Origin: Eledone cirrhosa
Lineage: Eukaryota
Length of the DNA: 64,000 nt
Assembly: GCA_964016885.1 (NCBI GenBank)
Contig: OZ024741.1
Coordinates: 55,552,001-55,616,000 of the forward strand
Direction: 5' to 3'
Under the pieces are notes generated by a model. The model was not told the DNA's origin and made no database searches. It saw only the letters and a program-made list of their open reading frames with translations. The translations under genes were made by a program, and so were the position numbers. Below, in pieces: positions 49,440 to 63,452 of the stretch. Every line of letters starts with the position of its first letter. Within the stretch, counting starts at the first letter, position 1.

Positions 49440-52400
49440 CCATAGGAGCCGTAGAATCCCTAATATCTTTCAGGGTCCTGTCCAATGCCTCAAGGGCACC
49501 CTTGTGTGCTATTATGCACTCATCCCAAGCAATGAGGCAACATTTTTTGAGAACCAGAGCTTCGTGTCAGCTCTTGCTGATATTGCATGTTGGTGTCTCA
49601 GTTTTTACTAAATCCAAAGGGAGTTTAAAGGTTGAATGTGCTGTCCTGCCTCCCGGCAGCAAAGTAGCAGCGATCCCGGACGATGCAACGGCCAACGCAA
49701 TTCTTTTCTCCTGACGAATCTTAGCGAGAATCAATTTCGTTACAAAAGTTTATGTCGCTGTATCCAACTTCCACTGAAGGATACTGCAGATGAGCCAGGC
49801 GCAGGAAGTCCTCAGACATGAAGTCTCTGTACTTGACCCATAAAGATTTGAGATCACCCAATTCACACTTTTGAAGCAAAATGGCAGAGTTCCCGTAGCC
49901 TTTTAGGTGATTTCAACAAAGCACCCTCTGCTAAAGTGGAATTCCATTGCGAATCATCTTCCAAAAGACCACGCTTAAAACAGGTTTTCCGGTACGTATC
50001 ACATATTTCTCCATCAACAGTTTTGAGGTCCTGAAAACTTTGTGGGCCTACAACTTCATGCAGAAGAAGGCGGTAATGAAAGCACTCATGCTGACTTGGG
50101 GGCAAAGTGTAAACCTTTCCAAGACAGCTGTCAAATTTTACACCAGGAAGTCTTTCAACAGCCTGACCTGACTTTCTTCGCACCCAAGTGTTTTTCGACC
50201 ATATAAAGTAGGATGTAACCTGGGGGTATACAATTGTTTGCGCAAATGAATCGAACTGGCAAAGTTTGAAGAAGCCTGTCAGAGTGGTCTCTTTCGGATC
50301 GGCGGCCAACTTGGCGGCGGTTTGGTCCCTAAAGTAAACCCTTTGCCCATTTTCCAAATGTACCGCAAGCTGTACGATGGCGGGGTGCCGTTGGTGTAGG
50401 GGGAAACCAAATAGGCGCCAAAAAGCTTCATTGCTACTGATGTACCGCTCCGCCAGGTATTCTGTGACCTCGTTCTTGCTATTTTCAATTTGAAATGCGA
50501 ACATTGCGGCATCAGAGCCCTTATTTACATATTTGCATATGTATTTTATCGACTTGGCGGAGTTGCAAAACTCAACGTTGATGTGGGCGTTGAACATCTT
50601 CAAGAGAAGCGGGCAGTAAGGGACCACCCATCTATTGTCGACTTGACCTCCCTTTACTGTTGTGGTGAAGCCACCGTGCTCGGGTCGTCTCCGCCTGTAC
50701 AGGGGGTACCCGTCGCCACCAGTCTGAATCTCGTCAACAATTTTTTTGTTTTGGGGATATCTCTTACTGCACGACCCCCCTTTCAGACACGTGTGATGAT
50801 CATTAGGACCCGACGCACACGGACCATGAATCATGTTAGCTTTGACGATGTCATGTAATTCCTGGTCAGTTGCTGGGTTAGGGATTTCAGCCGAAATGAA
50901 GCTGTCTATGGCATTTGAATTGATTTTATCAGCTAACCAAATCAAAATGTGGGCATGTGGCAGCCCTCGTTTTTGCTATTCGACGGTGATATGTCACATT
51001 TTACAGCCCCAAATACCTGACCCTTTTTTATTAAAGCCATGAGTTTAGCCAGTTTCAGTCTGAACACTCTGGCAATGAGGTCATGTCTGTTCGAATAATT
51101 TTGCCCAGGAAAAAGTTCACGGGTTATCTCAACCCATTTCGGATTACACGTGAATGTAATGAACAGATCTGGGTGACCATAATGGCGCACAAACGTCATG
51201 GCATCCTGGGTTCTTTCGTGCATGTATCGGGGCCCCCCAACGTAGCTAGAGGGAAGGATACAAACCTTTCCAAGGTTCCGGGGATCTGCATCATTCCTTC
51301 TGCCATCACGGAGGTGAATGTAATATTCAGAACGCAACTGTTTCTGATGCGTCTGAATGAAGCATAACCATTCAGACGCCATTGTTACAGCCATATCAAT
51401 TGCAAACTGATGGAAAAGCTCTCGTGATCTATGAATATGATTAAAACTATTCTGTCTGATCATGAAGAGGTAGGAATAAAAATCCATACAGGATACGCTT
51501 TTATTTGACGTCTCGTCAGGATTGTTTAACGTCTCGTCAGGATTGTTTGACGTCTCGTCAGAATTGTTTGACTTATTTTGAGGAATGCCGAAATGGTATC
51601 CGTCTTCCCCATAAGCAAAAAGTAGTGGATATTGTAGGCTGTCGTATGACCGATGCGTTTCACAAATCCTCTGCAGCGTATCGTCGCGACTTTTAATGAC
51701 AATGTCCCTTTTTTTATGCTGATCTCCATGGAGAACAACGGCTATTTCATTGCATGCGGGGGCGTTATAGCGGCGAGCATGCTCCCCAGATGGCCTTTTG
51801 TCAGCATAAATAACGATGTTGAAGTTGGGTACAGGTGTTGATTCCAAGGCATATTTGAAGCTCTGGACGTAGCTGTTGTTTTCATGAAGCATGCGTTGAA
51901 GACCGAGAAGTATGTCTTTGTCAACAGATTTACTTTTCTCGCTGTTAGACTTAGAAATAATAGAAATACGCATGTCAGCCTGTCTATTGTAGTCAGTTAT
52001 AAAGTAGATTTGGAGAAACGCGGACTTTTCCGTTTCTTGAGACTGGAGTGATCCAATTAGATGTTATATCTGTTCCTGAACTTTAAATGTGGGTATCCAC
52101 CCTTCTTCTCGGACAACGCTTGCCCCGAAAGAGGTCATCTGAAAGAACAATTGTACTTTCTGATGAGTTCAAGAAAATCTTTTGACCTAGGAGTTGTGCC
52201 AGTAAGAAGTTCTTTCAAAGGCTGCGGTGGGTCCTCTAGGGGGAGTAAATTAACCTTGCCATTGGAGCAGCACATTCCAGGTGGTTCTCCAGCCCACTTA
52301 TTTGCACTACAGAACTTGCAAGTTAAACTCATATTCCTAATCTAGATGTCAAGCCGCATTGAGAGGTTAAGTGTTGGATCATAATTAAAGCTTTTAAAAG

Positions 52401-53906
52401 CCAATATGAATTGTTTGGACTTTTTATGCCCCGGGCAGTTTCTTTACGCCGATTGTTCTTTTCTAGTCTAATACTGCGATCGTTGTGTGATTATTCGGTT
52501 GTAGCAGCGGCAGTAGCCAGAGCATTCCGGGAATTACGTATAGAACGGTCTAAATCACTAAGTTTAACACGCGACAAAGTATAGTAAGATGTATTGCTGG
52601 CTAGCCGCTACTACGCTGGTCGTCGGTTTTAGCAGGTCTTCTATTTGCTGAATGTAAAGCACTTTGTGACAATCGCAATTCTGTTTCCTCCTGCGACTCA
52701 TTCAACCATCTTCTTTTCTGTTTAGCTGCAGACACCGTTTTACTACCAAGTGAGCATCTCTTTTTGGGGGTCATTATATCTGAAAATGTTAAACAAAAAC
52801 CTTATGAAATTCGAAACTAAATGGTAAACACAATTGAATGGAAGATGAAATGGCAACGAAAAAAAAGTAAATGAAGATGCAATATTCAAACAAAATTTGG
52901 GGTAGGTATGACTAATTATCTACCAACTGGTAGTATTTGGATGGAAAAGCAGAATATGTTTGGAGGAAAATCACTGAACAAACGTATTTGCAAGCTTAAA
53001 AGTGAAATTTTATGCTTGACAGAAAGTATTGACAGGTATATTTTTAACAACGTAAAAGAAAGAAGAACATACAGGTAAACGTGGCTTGAAACCGAATAAG
53101 CTTTTCGAATTCTAATTTTAAATACCATGATCGAGTGTTCAAATCCGGCCGAAGATTGTGTATTCAATATTTTAAATACGGTGGTCGATAGTTCGATTCT
53201 TAACTAAGATTTTAAAGTGTTTTTAGGTTAAACCTAAACACTCGATCGTGGTATTTAAAATTATAATTCGAAACCACACTAAAATTTTAGGTATTCAAAG
53301 TTGTAAATAAAGTGGTTGAAAGTTCGAATTGAACAAATCCAAAATTTAGCTGAGAATCGAACCTGCGACCACTCTATTTATAATATTGAAAAATGAAAAA
53401 AACATTTTTCCGTTACCCGAACCATTGGGTTGAAAAAAAAATAGAGCAGGGTAAAATAAGATCATTTTCAAGTAAAAATATTGTTTTGACTTATTTAAAA
53501 GTCTGTTGAAGGGATATTAAGCAAAATATGTTAAACCTCAAAGCATGAGCCATGATGCTTTGCCAATTAAATTTTGCTGGTCCTAAAACAATTCGTTGAA
53601 AACCTTAAATTAGTTTTACACGCTTAAATAAAGTGGCGAATTTTTTAGCATTTTGCGCAAACTTCCACGTGTGCAAGTGAGTAATACTCAGTTGACTTTG
53701 AATTGAACAAAGTTCAGTCACTTTTTTCAACAAAGATTCTATCGATGTTTGCCCTTATTGTTGATGGATTTGAAATGTTTTTGCTTCATGACCTTCTCCT
53801 GACCAAAAGCAATAATTGTCCCGACTTTGAATAGAATCCGTTGGAAATTGTGGACGTGAATACGTTACAAACCTTAACACACACATCCTCAGTTTTATAT
53901 ATATAG
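49440..53906 (-). mobile_element. Helitron with disrupted Rep-helicase ORF, 3'-truncated
   Basis: Zn-finger CKFC..GEPPGMCCSNGKV, YDSLQYPLLF, LPSSYVGGPRYM, PDLFITFTCNPKW, MIHGPC, KYICKYVNKGSD and HLENGQRVYF. PIF1 motifs AVASSGIAATLLPGGRTAHSTFK and WDE at 49440-49700. 5' end TCTATATATATAAAA near 53906. Confidence 0.95.
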
Positions 53907-54659
53907 ATATATAGAGGGGGGGGGGCTTATATATAATATATAGTTTCTTTGTTGTTGGTGTTGTTGTTGTCTTTACTTGTGCCTGTTGTTTTTGTTTGTG
54001 AAAGGGAATTGGAGCGTGTGAGGTTGGGTGGCTGTTACAGGGGAGTGGGTGGGAATGGTAGAGGTTGTATTTTCCTGTGTGTATGTATGGGTACATGGAT
54101 GCATGTGTATGAGTGTGTGTATGCGTGTGTGTATGTTAGAGAGTGTGCATGTGTGTATATATACATATGTATGCATCTATAAGGGTGTGTATGCATGTAT
54201 GTGCGTATGTACGTCTATATGTGTGCATGTGTATGTATGCATGTGTATGTGCACTCATTAATCTCTCCACATTATAAATACTTACATGTATGTGTGCGTT
54301 TGTGTGTATGTATGTATGTATGTATGTATGTATGCATGCATGCATGTATGTATGTATGCATGCATGTATGCATGCATGTATATATGTATGTATGTAAGCA
54401 TGTATGTATGTATGCATGTATGTATGTATGTATGCATGCATGTATGTATGCATGTATATATATATGTATGTATGTGTGTGTATAAGGCGTTCACTGTGGC
54501 AGAGTCGGTAGAGCATTGGATATTAGTTTCATGTCCCTGCATTCAAACACCGGTGGTCTTCTTTGCATTTCATCATTTCTGGATCTGTGAAGAAAGTTTC
54601 GAGAGGGTGTCGCGAGAGCATTGGCATTTTTTTTTTTTAAATGCATAGAATGACACGAG

Positions 54660-56125
54660 TCAGCTAGAGAATACCTTCTCTATTTAAAGCTTTTAACATC
54701 TCGGTCCGGATTTCATCTTACCCAGCGGCCTTGCCACATTTGAGTTCTTTAATTGCTCTTGACTTCAGCCTCCGGGAGATTAATCACCGCTTTCAGATGC
54801 ACCTCTTGTACATCAGAAGATGCTGTTGTGATCGGGTTTAGATTAGCAGCGTACTCTCTGCACCTCACTGGAGAAGGGAGAACCCCAGATGCGTTCTTGA
54901 TAGCAGGTGTGGATGTGGAATTGTTATTATGAAGTCGGCGGATGGTCTGCCAGAAAAATGTTATTTGCTGATCTGATGTCGGATTCCAGCTTAACCCTAA
55001 AGTCCTACCATGTGTTAACTTTGGATGACTTTACTGTCTCTGCTGTGATTCTTCGTACCTGCTTGTACCGCAAGTGCAAAAAGGACTTATTTCCAATTTA
55101 AGCTTTGTAGGTCTCCTCCTTTGCTCGGATAGCATATTTGACCTCTTGATTGAAGCAATGGGTCTTCCTACCATTCAATGCCACATTAAACCTCTTTCAC
55201 CCGCAGCATTTAACAGCTGAAGCAGAAACTGCTGAGCTGAACAATCTCCACTCCGTTTCAATGTTCTCAGTTTGCTCGAGGAATTCTCTGAATTTGGATG
55301 CACTAGTATCTGCGTACCTGGTCCTGACTTCCTTATCCACGAACGCTTCCCACTTTATTCTGTTGGTCACCCTGGATCAGCCAGTTTTGTGGGATTCTTT
55401 GGCTTTAGGTAGACTCAAGTTGCAGATAACTAGATGATAATCAGTTGACAGCTCAACCCCTCTCTTAACCCGAACAGCCAGAAAGAATCGAAGAGATCAG
55501 AGACACTAACGAAATGAGTTATTGATCTCTGTCCCTGATTCTCCTTATACCATGTATATTTATGGATGTCTCTGTGCTGTAAGGTGTTCATAATTGATAG
55601 TGCATTGCTGGAACAGAAGTCTCCATTTCGATCGGGGCCGCCATTCTTTCCAATCACTCCTTTCCATGTCAAGTGGTCTGTGCCAACATGCGCATTGAAG
55701 TCTCCCACCAGAAGATATGACTCAGTCTTAACTACATCGAACACTGCAGTGAGTTCATCAAGGAAAGGCCTGTGTTCGGGCGCTTTGTTTGGTGCATAAA
55801 CTTGCAACACCCACAGAGACATATCTTTCAGCCTAAGCTTCAAGAGAAAAATCCTCCCTCCTAATGGGATCCAGTCCGTAACACATTCTGACAGCTGGGG
55901 ACTTATGATTATCCCCACTCCCGCCTGTGTCATTTCTGGCACCACACCTACCTGACTAGTGGACTTTCTATCCTCCATCCAAATCTACAGTATCAGAGCC
56001 AGGGGACTTTGTTGGGGAAACCCCGACTGTATCAAGCCGGTAGCGTCTAGGCTCCTCCATTAGTTCTTGCTCCTTACTTGTAAGAGTTGCGATGGCCCAG
56101 TTTCCAATTATCAAGTTTTGCTACC
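54660..56125 (-). pseudogene. RTE-clade LINE 5' part (APE endonuclease to start of RT), decayed
   Basis: AGVGII, QVYAP, LVGDFNAHVG and HKYTW, with a GKAAG.DEI-like motif near 54730. Confidence 0.88.
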
Positions 56126-57007
56126 TTCTAAACCCTCTTTGTGAGCCATCCTAACGCTCCCAGGACAGGTCGCAGGCCCATCGCCAGTTTTTTGGGCATG
56201 AAGTGGAGACTGCAATATATCTTTCAAACAGGCCCCTCTACCTAATGACTGAACGCGTCCCTTGTTAAACCGTGCAAAGGACGATGCGGTATGATTATTT
56301 TTCTTACCCCTTACAATATTGCAGTTTGGGTAGTCTTATTTGCACCAGTCACCAATCTGGTACTTTTTCAAACCCGCGAAGAGGATTATACTTAAATTAT
56401 GAGCAAATATATAATCTCAAAGACTGAAATGTTTAGACATTGTTTGCATCAAAGAAGTCATCTTCTACCCAACTGGAAAGCCACACCATAAGATGCCCCC
56501 TCACCAGACCTGCTAAATCCCCTTCCCCCCTAAATCTACTCCTTTCTGTCATCTATTCACGCACAAAATATTACACTCATCACATCCACATACACTGACA
56601 CACAACATAATATATTGTTGAAAGTGGTTTAAGCCTCACAAAATCATATTCCACACTAGCTATCACACTTGCAATTAAAAAATATTTTGCGTGTTATTGG
56701 GAAGCTTTTAGGAGTGATTTAAATGTTTGCAAAATAACTTGCACACTAGATAACACATAGACATAGACATTTATAAATATATCCTACCCGGACATGCTGA
56801 ATCTCCATGAGAATTACATTTAGACATACACATACTGAATCTCCCTGAGAATTATATTTAAGAGTACATATGCTGATCTCCCTGAGTATTACTTTTAAGC
56901 GTACAGATGCTAAATCACCCATCAGTTGAAGAATAGATGGACAGTAGAATAACTAATTTCTATATACATGTTTCGCTTTCTTCTTCTCATATATAAGGAC
57001 CACTTTC

Positions 57008-57038
57008 ATTCCCGGGCAAAGCCGGGTACCTCTGCTAT
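57008..57038 (+). mobile_element. Isolated Helitron 3' terminus
   Basis: Hairpin CCCGG-gcaaag-CCGGG followed by tgcta, similar to 2371-2400. Confidence 0.5.
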
Positions 57039-57081
57039 AAGTAAATATTACATATATTATATATATATATATATATATATT

Positions 57082-57614
57082 TTGTTATACTTTGGGAGGG
57101 TCATGTTGCCAATAAGAAACACACGCACCAGTTGCTTTCACTTCAATTTATTATATATTTATAAATTTACAAATTTATAAATTTCTAGTTGGTTGGTTGG
57201 TTCCACAACCAGATAGTTGTTTATATATAGTCATAGTTCTTTCGTCACACACTCTGTGACCTCTTCAGTGACTGGGGATTCCTTTCTTTGTTTCTGTGCC
57301 TCTCCTTTGTTCTGTCCTACGCGTAGGAAAGAACAAAGGAGAGGCACAGAAACAAAGAAAGGAATCCCCAGTCACTGAAGAGGTCACAGAGTGTGTGACG
57401 AAAGAACTATGACTATATATAAACAACTATCTGGTTGTGGAACCAACCAACCAACCAGAAATTTATAAATTTATAAATTTATTATAATAAATTGAAGTGA
57501 AAGCAACTGGTGCGTGTGTTTCTTATTGGCAACATGACCCTCCCAAAGTATAACAATATCGGTTTCAACACACGATTTCAGATAAAGAATCTTGCTAAAC
57601 AAATTCAGAAACAA

Positions 57615-57616
<2 letters not shown>
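57082..57616. mobile_element. Head-to-head pair of family A pseudo-LTRs in (TA)n
   Basis: Centre cctacgcgtagg near 57321. The plus arm has the longer 3' tail. Confidence 0.92.
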
Positions 57617-57694
<78 letters not shown>

Positions 57695-57698
<4 letters not shown>

Positions 57699-57923
57699 TA
57701 AAATGACAGATTAAAGTTTAAGCAAAGAATCGCTGAAAGTTTAAGCAAAGAATCGCTGAAAGTTTAAGCAAAGATCCCGTTAAGGGTTAAATCAGCGATT
57801 CTTTGATAAAACTTTAATCTGTTTTTCTAATAAATATTTGCTCTACGGTTTTTATATATTTGATATATATTTATCCTTATCGAGCCCTCTTTGGATTTTA
57901 GTCTTCAAATTTATTATTATTAC
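57695..57923. mobile_element. Family C head-to-head fragments in (TA)n
   Basis: A short minus arm with a repeated aaagtttaagcaaaga joins a plus arm ending ttcaaatttattattattac. Similar arrangements at 60291-60455 and 8935-8985, and a single arm at 63450-63716. Confidence 0.75.
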
Positions 57924-57951
57924 TATATATATATATATATATATATATTTA

Positions 57952-58015
<64 letters not shown>

Positions 58016-58020
58016 GAGAG

Positions 58021-58100
<80 letters not shown>

Positions 58101-58600
58101 TGTGTGTGTGTGTGCGTGTGTGTGCGTGTGTGTGTGCGTGTGAGTGTGTACGTGAGTGTGTTATCGTGTGCATGCGTAATTTGGCAGTATCTATGGTCAA
58201 ATATAAAATGTTATGTCCATGATTGATATGTACCGTTGAGCAACGGCCACTGGTCAAAAGTGGTGTCATTCTTAGAAGAGGCTGAAGGGAAAACTGTCAG
58301 TCACGTGACGCCATTTGTTTAACACCATTTTTTTTTTTTCTTAATGGAGATATTGGCGTCAAGTTAGTGGATCGTGGGTCAAAGAGCTTTAAATTCAAAT
58401 GTTGATAAATACGTCTCGAAGTGGTACTTCAGCAATATATGTATATATATATACATATATAAATGTATGTATGTATGTATGTATACGTACATACATATAT
58501 GTATACAGACGTACAGTAGTATGTATACATATACTGTGTGTGTGTCTACAGAGGGAAGGTTTAGAGATAGTAAGATAGAAAGAAAAATAGCGAGGGGTTA

Positions 58601-58664
<64 letters not shown>

Positions 58665-58892
58665 AACTTCAGGAATGTGTCTCCACCCGGTCAACCGTAT
58701 TTTTCTATAAAAATCTCTTTTACTATAGTTAAATACGATTGGCACTAATCACTATTATTTCAACGTAATTTAAAGGTTTGGGAGCGGACCAGATATTTTA
58801 AAGGCTCTCATTCTTGGAAGGCTTCGAGGTGTTTCTTCACGAAGTGTTCGCGGGGAATATTGACGTTCACGGTGGGCCTTCTACCTCTAGTG

Positions 58893-59082
58893 CTGGCATG
58901 TCAAATATGCGGCCCTTATCAAGTACACGTGCGGCCCGCACAAAGCTTTTTACAGCGCGAGCATGTTTTATCTTCGTAATATAAAATATATAAAATTAGT
59001 TGTAATGTGCGCAATTAGTTGTCGCGTGTGGCTCTCAGGCAACACATATGGCCCTCGGGGGACCATCAGTTTTACATGCCTG
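58893..59082. mobile_element. hAT (Charlie-like) MITE
   Basis: Imperfect TIRs CTGGCATGTCAAA / TTTTACATGCCTG, subterminal GCGGCCC motifs, and CTAG-centred 8-bp flanks ctctagtg / tcctaggg. Confidence 0.7.
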
Positions 59083-59602
59083 TCCTAGGGGATTCTGTCT
59101 ATTTTAAGGGGTTTGATTATCTTGAATCAAGTTTGTAAGAGCTGCCAGTTCGTTTTCATTTTCGTTTGATCGGCGTCTCCTAAAGCTACTCTCCGCCTTC
59201 CTGAAAGATATTTTTGTGTTTGCGGCCGTCTGTTTGTGAGGTTGTGTTTTAAGGCTTCTATTCGTTGGTAACGGACATTCGAGGTGAGACAGACCGCTTC
59301 GTCGTCGACTCCTTTTTTTGAAAGATGGCTTTCAATGAGTCAACGCTGACTCTGCCGTTCGCTCATTTGTTTGTTCGTTGTGTTTTTGGTCTAGGTGACC
59401 CAGTGAGCCCCTTTTTCCCAACGCAATCTGTCGTATTGGTGGTGTCCACCGAGATTGTGTTTAAAGGGCTGTATTCATTGTAGCTACGATCGTTGGAAAT
59501 GGGTCACCGCCGACCCTCCCGTTCGTTCATTGATTTGTTGGTTGGTTGGGGCGGCCAAGCGAGCCCCTTTTTCCCAAAAGATGGCTTCTGTGTGTTTGTA
59601 TG

Positions 59603-59657
<55 letters not shown>

Positions 59658-59750
59658 GCAAACACACAGTGAGAGTAAACACAGACACATTCGTATATTT
59701 ATCTATCTATTGCTATCTACACCCACACATACACGCACGCACACACACAG

Positions 59751-59831
<81 letters not shown>

Positions 59832-59832
<1 letters not shown>

Positions 59833-60202
59833 CCAGGGTGTGTAACGCGAAGTTACTGTAGGTTCAGCCAGGTGAGCACTCGAGGTTTAGGTTAACGTCA
59901 GTGGCGAGGTGTAGAGCTAAACAGAGTGTAATATAATGATACAAGGACAAATGGTTGCTCCTTCATTACGTTTATTGGTTGGTGACGCGTGTTTCGCTAC
60001 TGATCAGCTCAAAGTTCTATCTGTATACCACCAATCGTAGTAGTAATGTCATTACTATTACAGAGGTCTGGCGAGCTTTTGATTCCAGAGTCGCGCCAGA
60101 TCGATACAGATCGAACCTTGAGTTGATCAATACCAAAACGCGCGTCACCAATCAATAAACGTAATGAAGGCTTAACAAATCGTCCTTGTATTATTATTAT
60201 TC
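59832..60202. mobile_element. Diverged head-to-head element with degenerate HHRs in (TA)n
   Basis: Plus arm reads GGT-CTGGCGAG..AAAACGCGCGTC|ACC..AATAAA. Minus arm reads GCGAAACACGCGTCACC..AATAAA. Confidence 0.65.
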
Positions 60203-60217
60203 TTATATATATATATA

Positions 60218-60294
<77 letters not shown>

Positions 60295-60449
60295 ATAATA
60301 GTAATAATAATAAATTTGAAGACTAAAATCCAAAGAGGGACAAAAGGATAAATATATATCAAATATATAAGAACCCTACTTTCAGAAGATCCCGTTAAGG
60401 GTGAAAGCAGCGATTCTTTGCTTTAAACTTTAATCTGTTATTTTAATAA

Positions 60450-60556
<107 letters not shown>

Positions 60557-60578
60557 ATATATAGTTAGTTCACCATAC

Positions 60579-60616
60579 CGAGGACAATTGTTTCACCTTA
60601 GCGGATCTTCAGCTCG
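60579..60616 (-). ncRNA. Minimal type I hammerhead in palindromic element 60553-60750
   Basis: CGAG-CTGAAGA-TCCGCTAAGGT-GAA-ACAATTGT-C|CTCG. Confidence 0.75.
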
Positions 60617-60747
60617 TACTACAGTACAGTACGAGCTGAAACAATTGTTCTCGGTATTGTGAACTAACTATTGTGTTATTACTTCTAGCAAACTCGTCCC
60701 ATGGGCTGAGTGTTCTACCACTACGGATATTTCCTTCCAGTGTTCTA

Positions 60748-60833
<86 letters not shown>

Positions 60834-60835
<2 letters not shown>

Positions 60836-61028
60836 GAAGGTGGTGTGGTAAGGAACCAGATGGACCATAACGTACCAGAGTACTCAATACTTAGGGTAGT
60901 AGAGTGGGTAATAGGAAAAATGTTGGCCCCGACGGCAGAGCTCAAGCCGTTTCGACGGCTATTTCTGGACACAGTCTAGAAATAGCCGTCGAAACGGCTT
61001 GAGCTCTTCCGTCGGTGTCAAACTTTTT

Positions 61029-61030
<2 letters not shown>
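60834..61030. mobile_element. Family G palindromic element in (TA)n
   Basis: Centre ctggac-aca-gtctag, with arms as at 8405. Confidence 0.8.
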
Positions 61031-61063
<33 letters not shown>

Positions 61064-61739
61064 GCCCGCGTGCGTGTGTGTGTTTGTGTGTGGGGGAGGG
61101 GTGTAATATTATCATCATAACAGAGTACTGTTTTTGATTGCAAAAGTTTGGAAAATATAATGAAAAACAACTAATATTTTTTTAAGGGAGACTACTAGTC
61201 TTTATTTTATATTCTTTTAATTATCTCCCTTTGTGTATGGGTGTATATGTGTATACTAATGACTAATAGTGTCTTGGAATTCACATGTATCGTTCACCCT
61301 CCCTTACAATATTATAATCTTTCTCCCACCTTCACTCCCTTACTACTCGGTATCTGTCTTCAATGACTATATATATATGTGTGTGTGTATAAGCACAAAC
61401 TCAAAATGCCTTTTAATTGCTGAAGCTAGCAGCCAAATGCGCAAAGCTGGCACATACATACACGACAGCCTTCTGCAATTGGCTGCTATTTCTAACAACT
61501 AAAAGGCATTTTTATTTCGTAATTATACATGCATACTTATCTATTTGAAGCCTTGGGGGCTTTTAACTTCAAAACAGCATCCTCAGGTGCAAACATTCGC
61601 GCTATCCTGGCTGCATTGTGTAAACCCTACTTAGTGTTGCTGCTTTACGAATTTCAGGATGGTTTTCTACTAGTGTTCCATGATTTCGCCGGTTTCATTA
61701 TCTTCACTGTTTATCAACTGAGTAGTAGGGTGCTATTTG

Positions 61740-62020
61740 TCCGATTAGTAGAGTTCGTCCAAAGCTTTCAGTTCTACAAAGTTTAAAAAATGCTAGCAAA
61801 GTTGTTTTTCTTGGTGCTATGGCTTGTTAGGCTGCATTTGGGGCTGTAAAATACACTCGTTGTCCATCTTCCAAATGGTGGGCAATGGGCTCGAATTGGG
61901 AATTCAAAAAGGCGCCAGAATGCTTCGTTACTGTTGATATATCGGCTGTGCTGGAGGTCAGACACCTCGTCGGGCATTTTTGCTGTTGTAACGCAAACAT
62001 GGCAGCATCAGAACCCTTGA
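61740..62020 (-). pseudogene. Helitron Rep remnant
   Basis: KGSDAAMFA, DEV..SRYINSNEAFWRLFEFPI and HLEDGQRVYF are homologous to ORF 49863-50945. Confidence 0.8.
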
Positions 62021-62722
62021 GTTCCAACAGAAAGCAGCAGGAAGGGAGTATAAAAGACTGACAGATGTTAACGACAGCAACAGTTGACTGATAAAATGAC
62101 AAATCAGTCAATCATATCGGTGGCCTCTCCACAGACCCGGCGTACAGAATGGAGAAGGCGTTTCCCCGGAGGACAGCAAGGGAGACGCGGTGGAAAAGCC
62201 ACTCCAACTCGCGAGACTCACACCTGCGGCTGGCCAACTCAGCGCCTATGGTGATGAGTAGGGGAGGGGGTAGCCCTAGGGCCGAGAACACCAGAAGTCT
62301 CCACTGCCAAAGGTACGACCGCATACCTGTCGGAGAGCGACCGGTATTTGAAGAGTTTGGCCTCCTCAGCCTGACGTGCAGCAGAACCTAGGTTAGTCAC
62401 AGACTGCACCAGGTTGCAGCTGGAGAAAGTGTCGGTGCAAGTGGCATCCCAGGCAAGGGGTTTGCCTCTGCCGAACGGGAAGATGGTCATACCATCTGGC
62501 CTTTTGCCGTCCACTCGGTTCAACTCCACCGGCTCGAGCTGGGAAGGGAAACCTGCAGCGCCCAAGCCATGCTTTATGACCTCGTTGAGGGCAGCATGGC
62601 GTGGAAGGCAGCCGGCACTGTGGCGACAGGAAAGCGGGTGAAGGCGGAAAGAGTCCACGGTGGATCCACAGCGACATTGGTGTGGCTCGCAAATCCGGAG
62701 ACCAAGCCTCAAGGAAACGCCG
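62021..62722 (-). mobile_element. CRE-like non-LTR retrotransposon 3' fragment (Zn knuckle plus restriction-like endonuclease)
   Basis: LRLGL..CRCG..HPLSC..RHAALNEVI..KRPDG..LAWDATCTDT..PLAVETSG and LFHRVSLAVLRGNA. Confidence 0.85.
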
Positions 62723-63034
62723 ATGACGTATTTGCACTCATACTTCATATGTTCTCCTTCCCACATTCAGATTAGTCGAAAACATACGAAAAACTTTAAT
62801 TATTTAGTGTTATTAACGGCCAATGTACAAGCAAACAAACTTCCTTTTTATAAGTATTATTTTTTGCATGGTCCCGTAACTCCTGAGGGAGTCGTGGGGA
62901 CGTCGCATTGACATACAGCGTGTCTAAGGCATTTTTTAAACCCATTTCCTTTCCAGGTCAGAATACAGAAGATGTCTTCCAGAGAAGGATAGAGAGTGAG
63001 AGAAAAACATATAAAGGAAGAATAGATCCCAATA

Positions 63035-63158
63035 GTAGACTGGTACTTTTTAATCGACCTCGCATGTAAGGCAAAATTAACCTCGACGGGATTTGAACTC
63101 AGAGAGCCGGAACGGAAACCATAAAGCACTCTATCTGATTCTGCCAATTCGCCGCCTT
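63035..63158 (-). mobile_element. Degenerate tRNA-derived Meta-like SINE
   Basis: ggcggcgaattggcagaatc..gagttcaaatcccgtcgaggttaattttgcctt..ggtcgattaaaaagtaccag. Confidence 0.7.
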
Positions 63159-63217
63159 TATAAGTATTATATATGTGTGTATGAGTGTGTTTGTATGTAT
63201 TTATATCTATATATATA

Positions 63218-63325
<108 letters not shown>

Positions 63326-63365
63326 AACATATATATATATATATACAAACACATATATATATACA

Positions 63366-63452
<87 letters not shown>

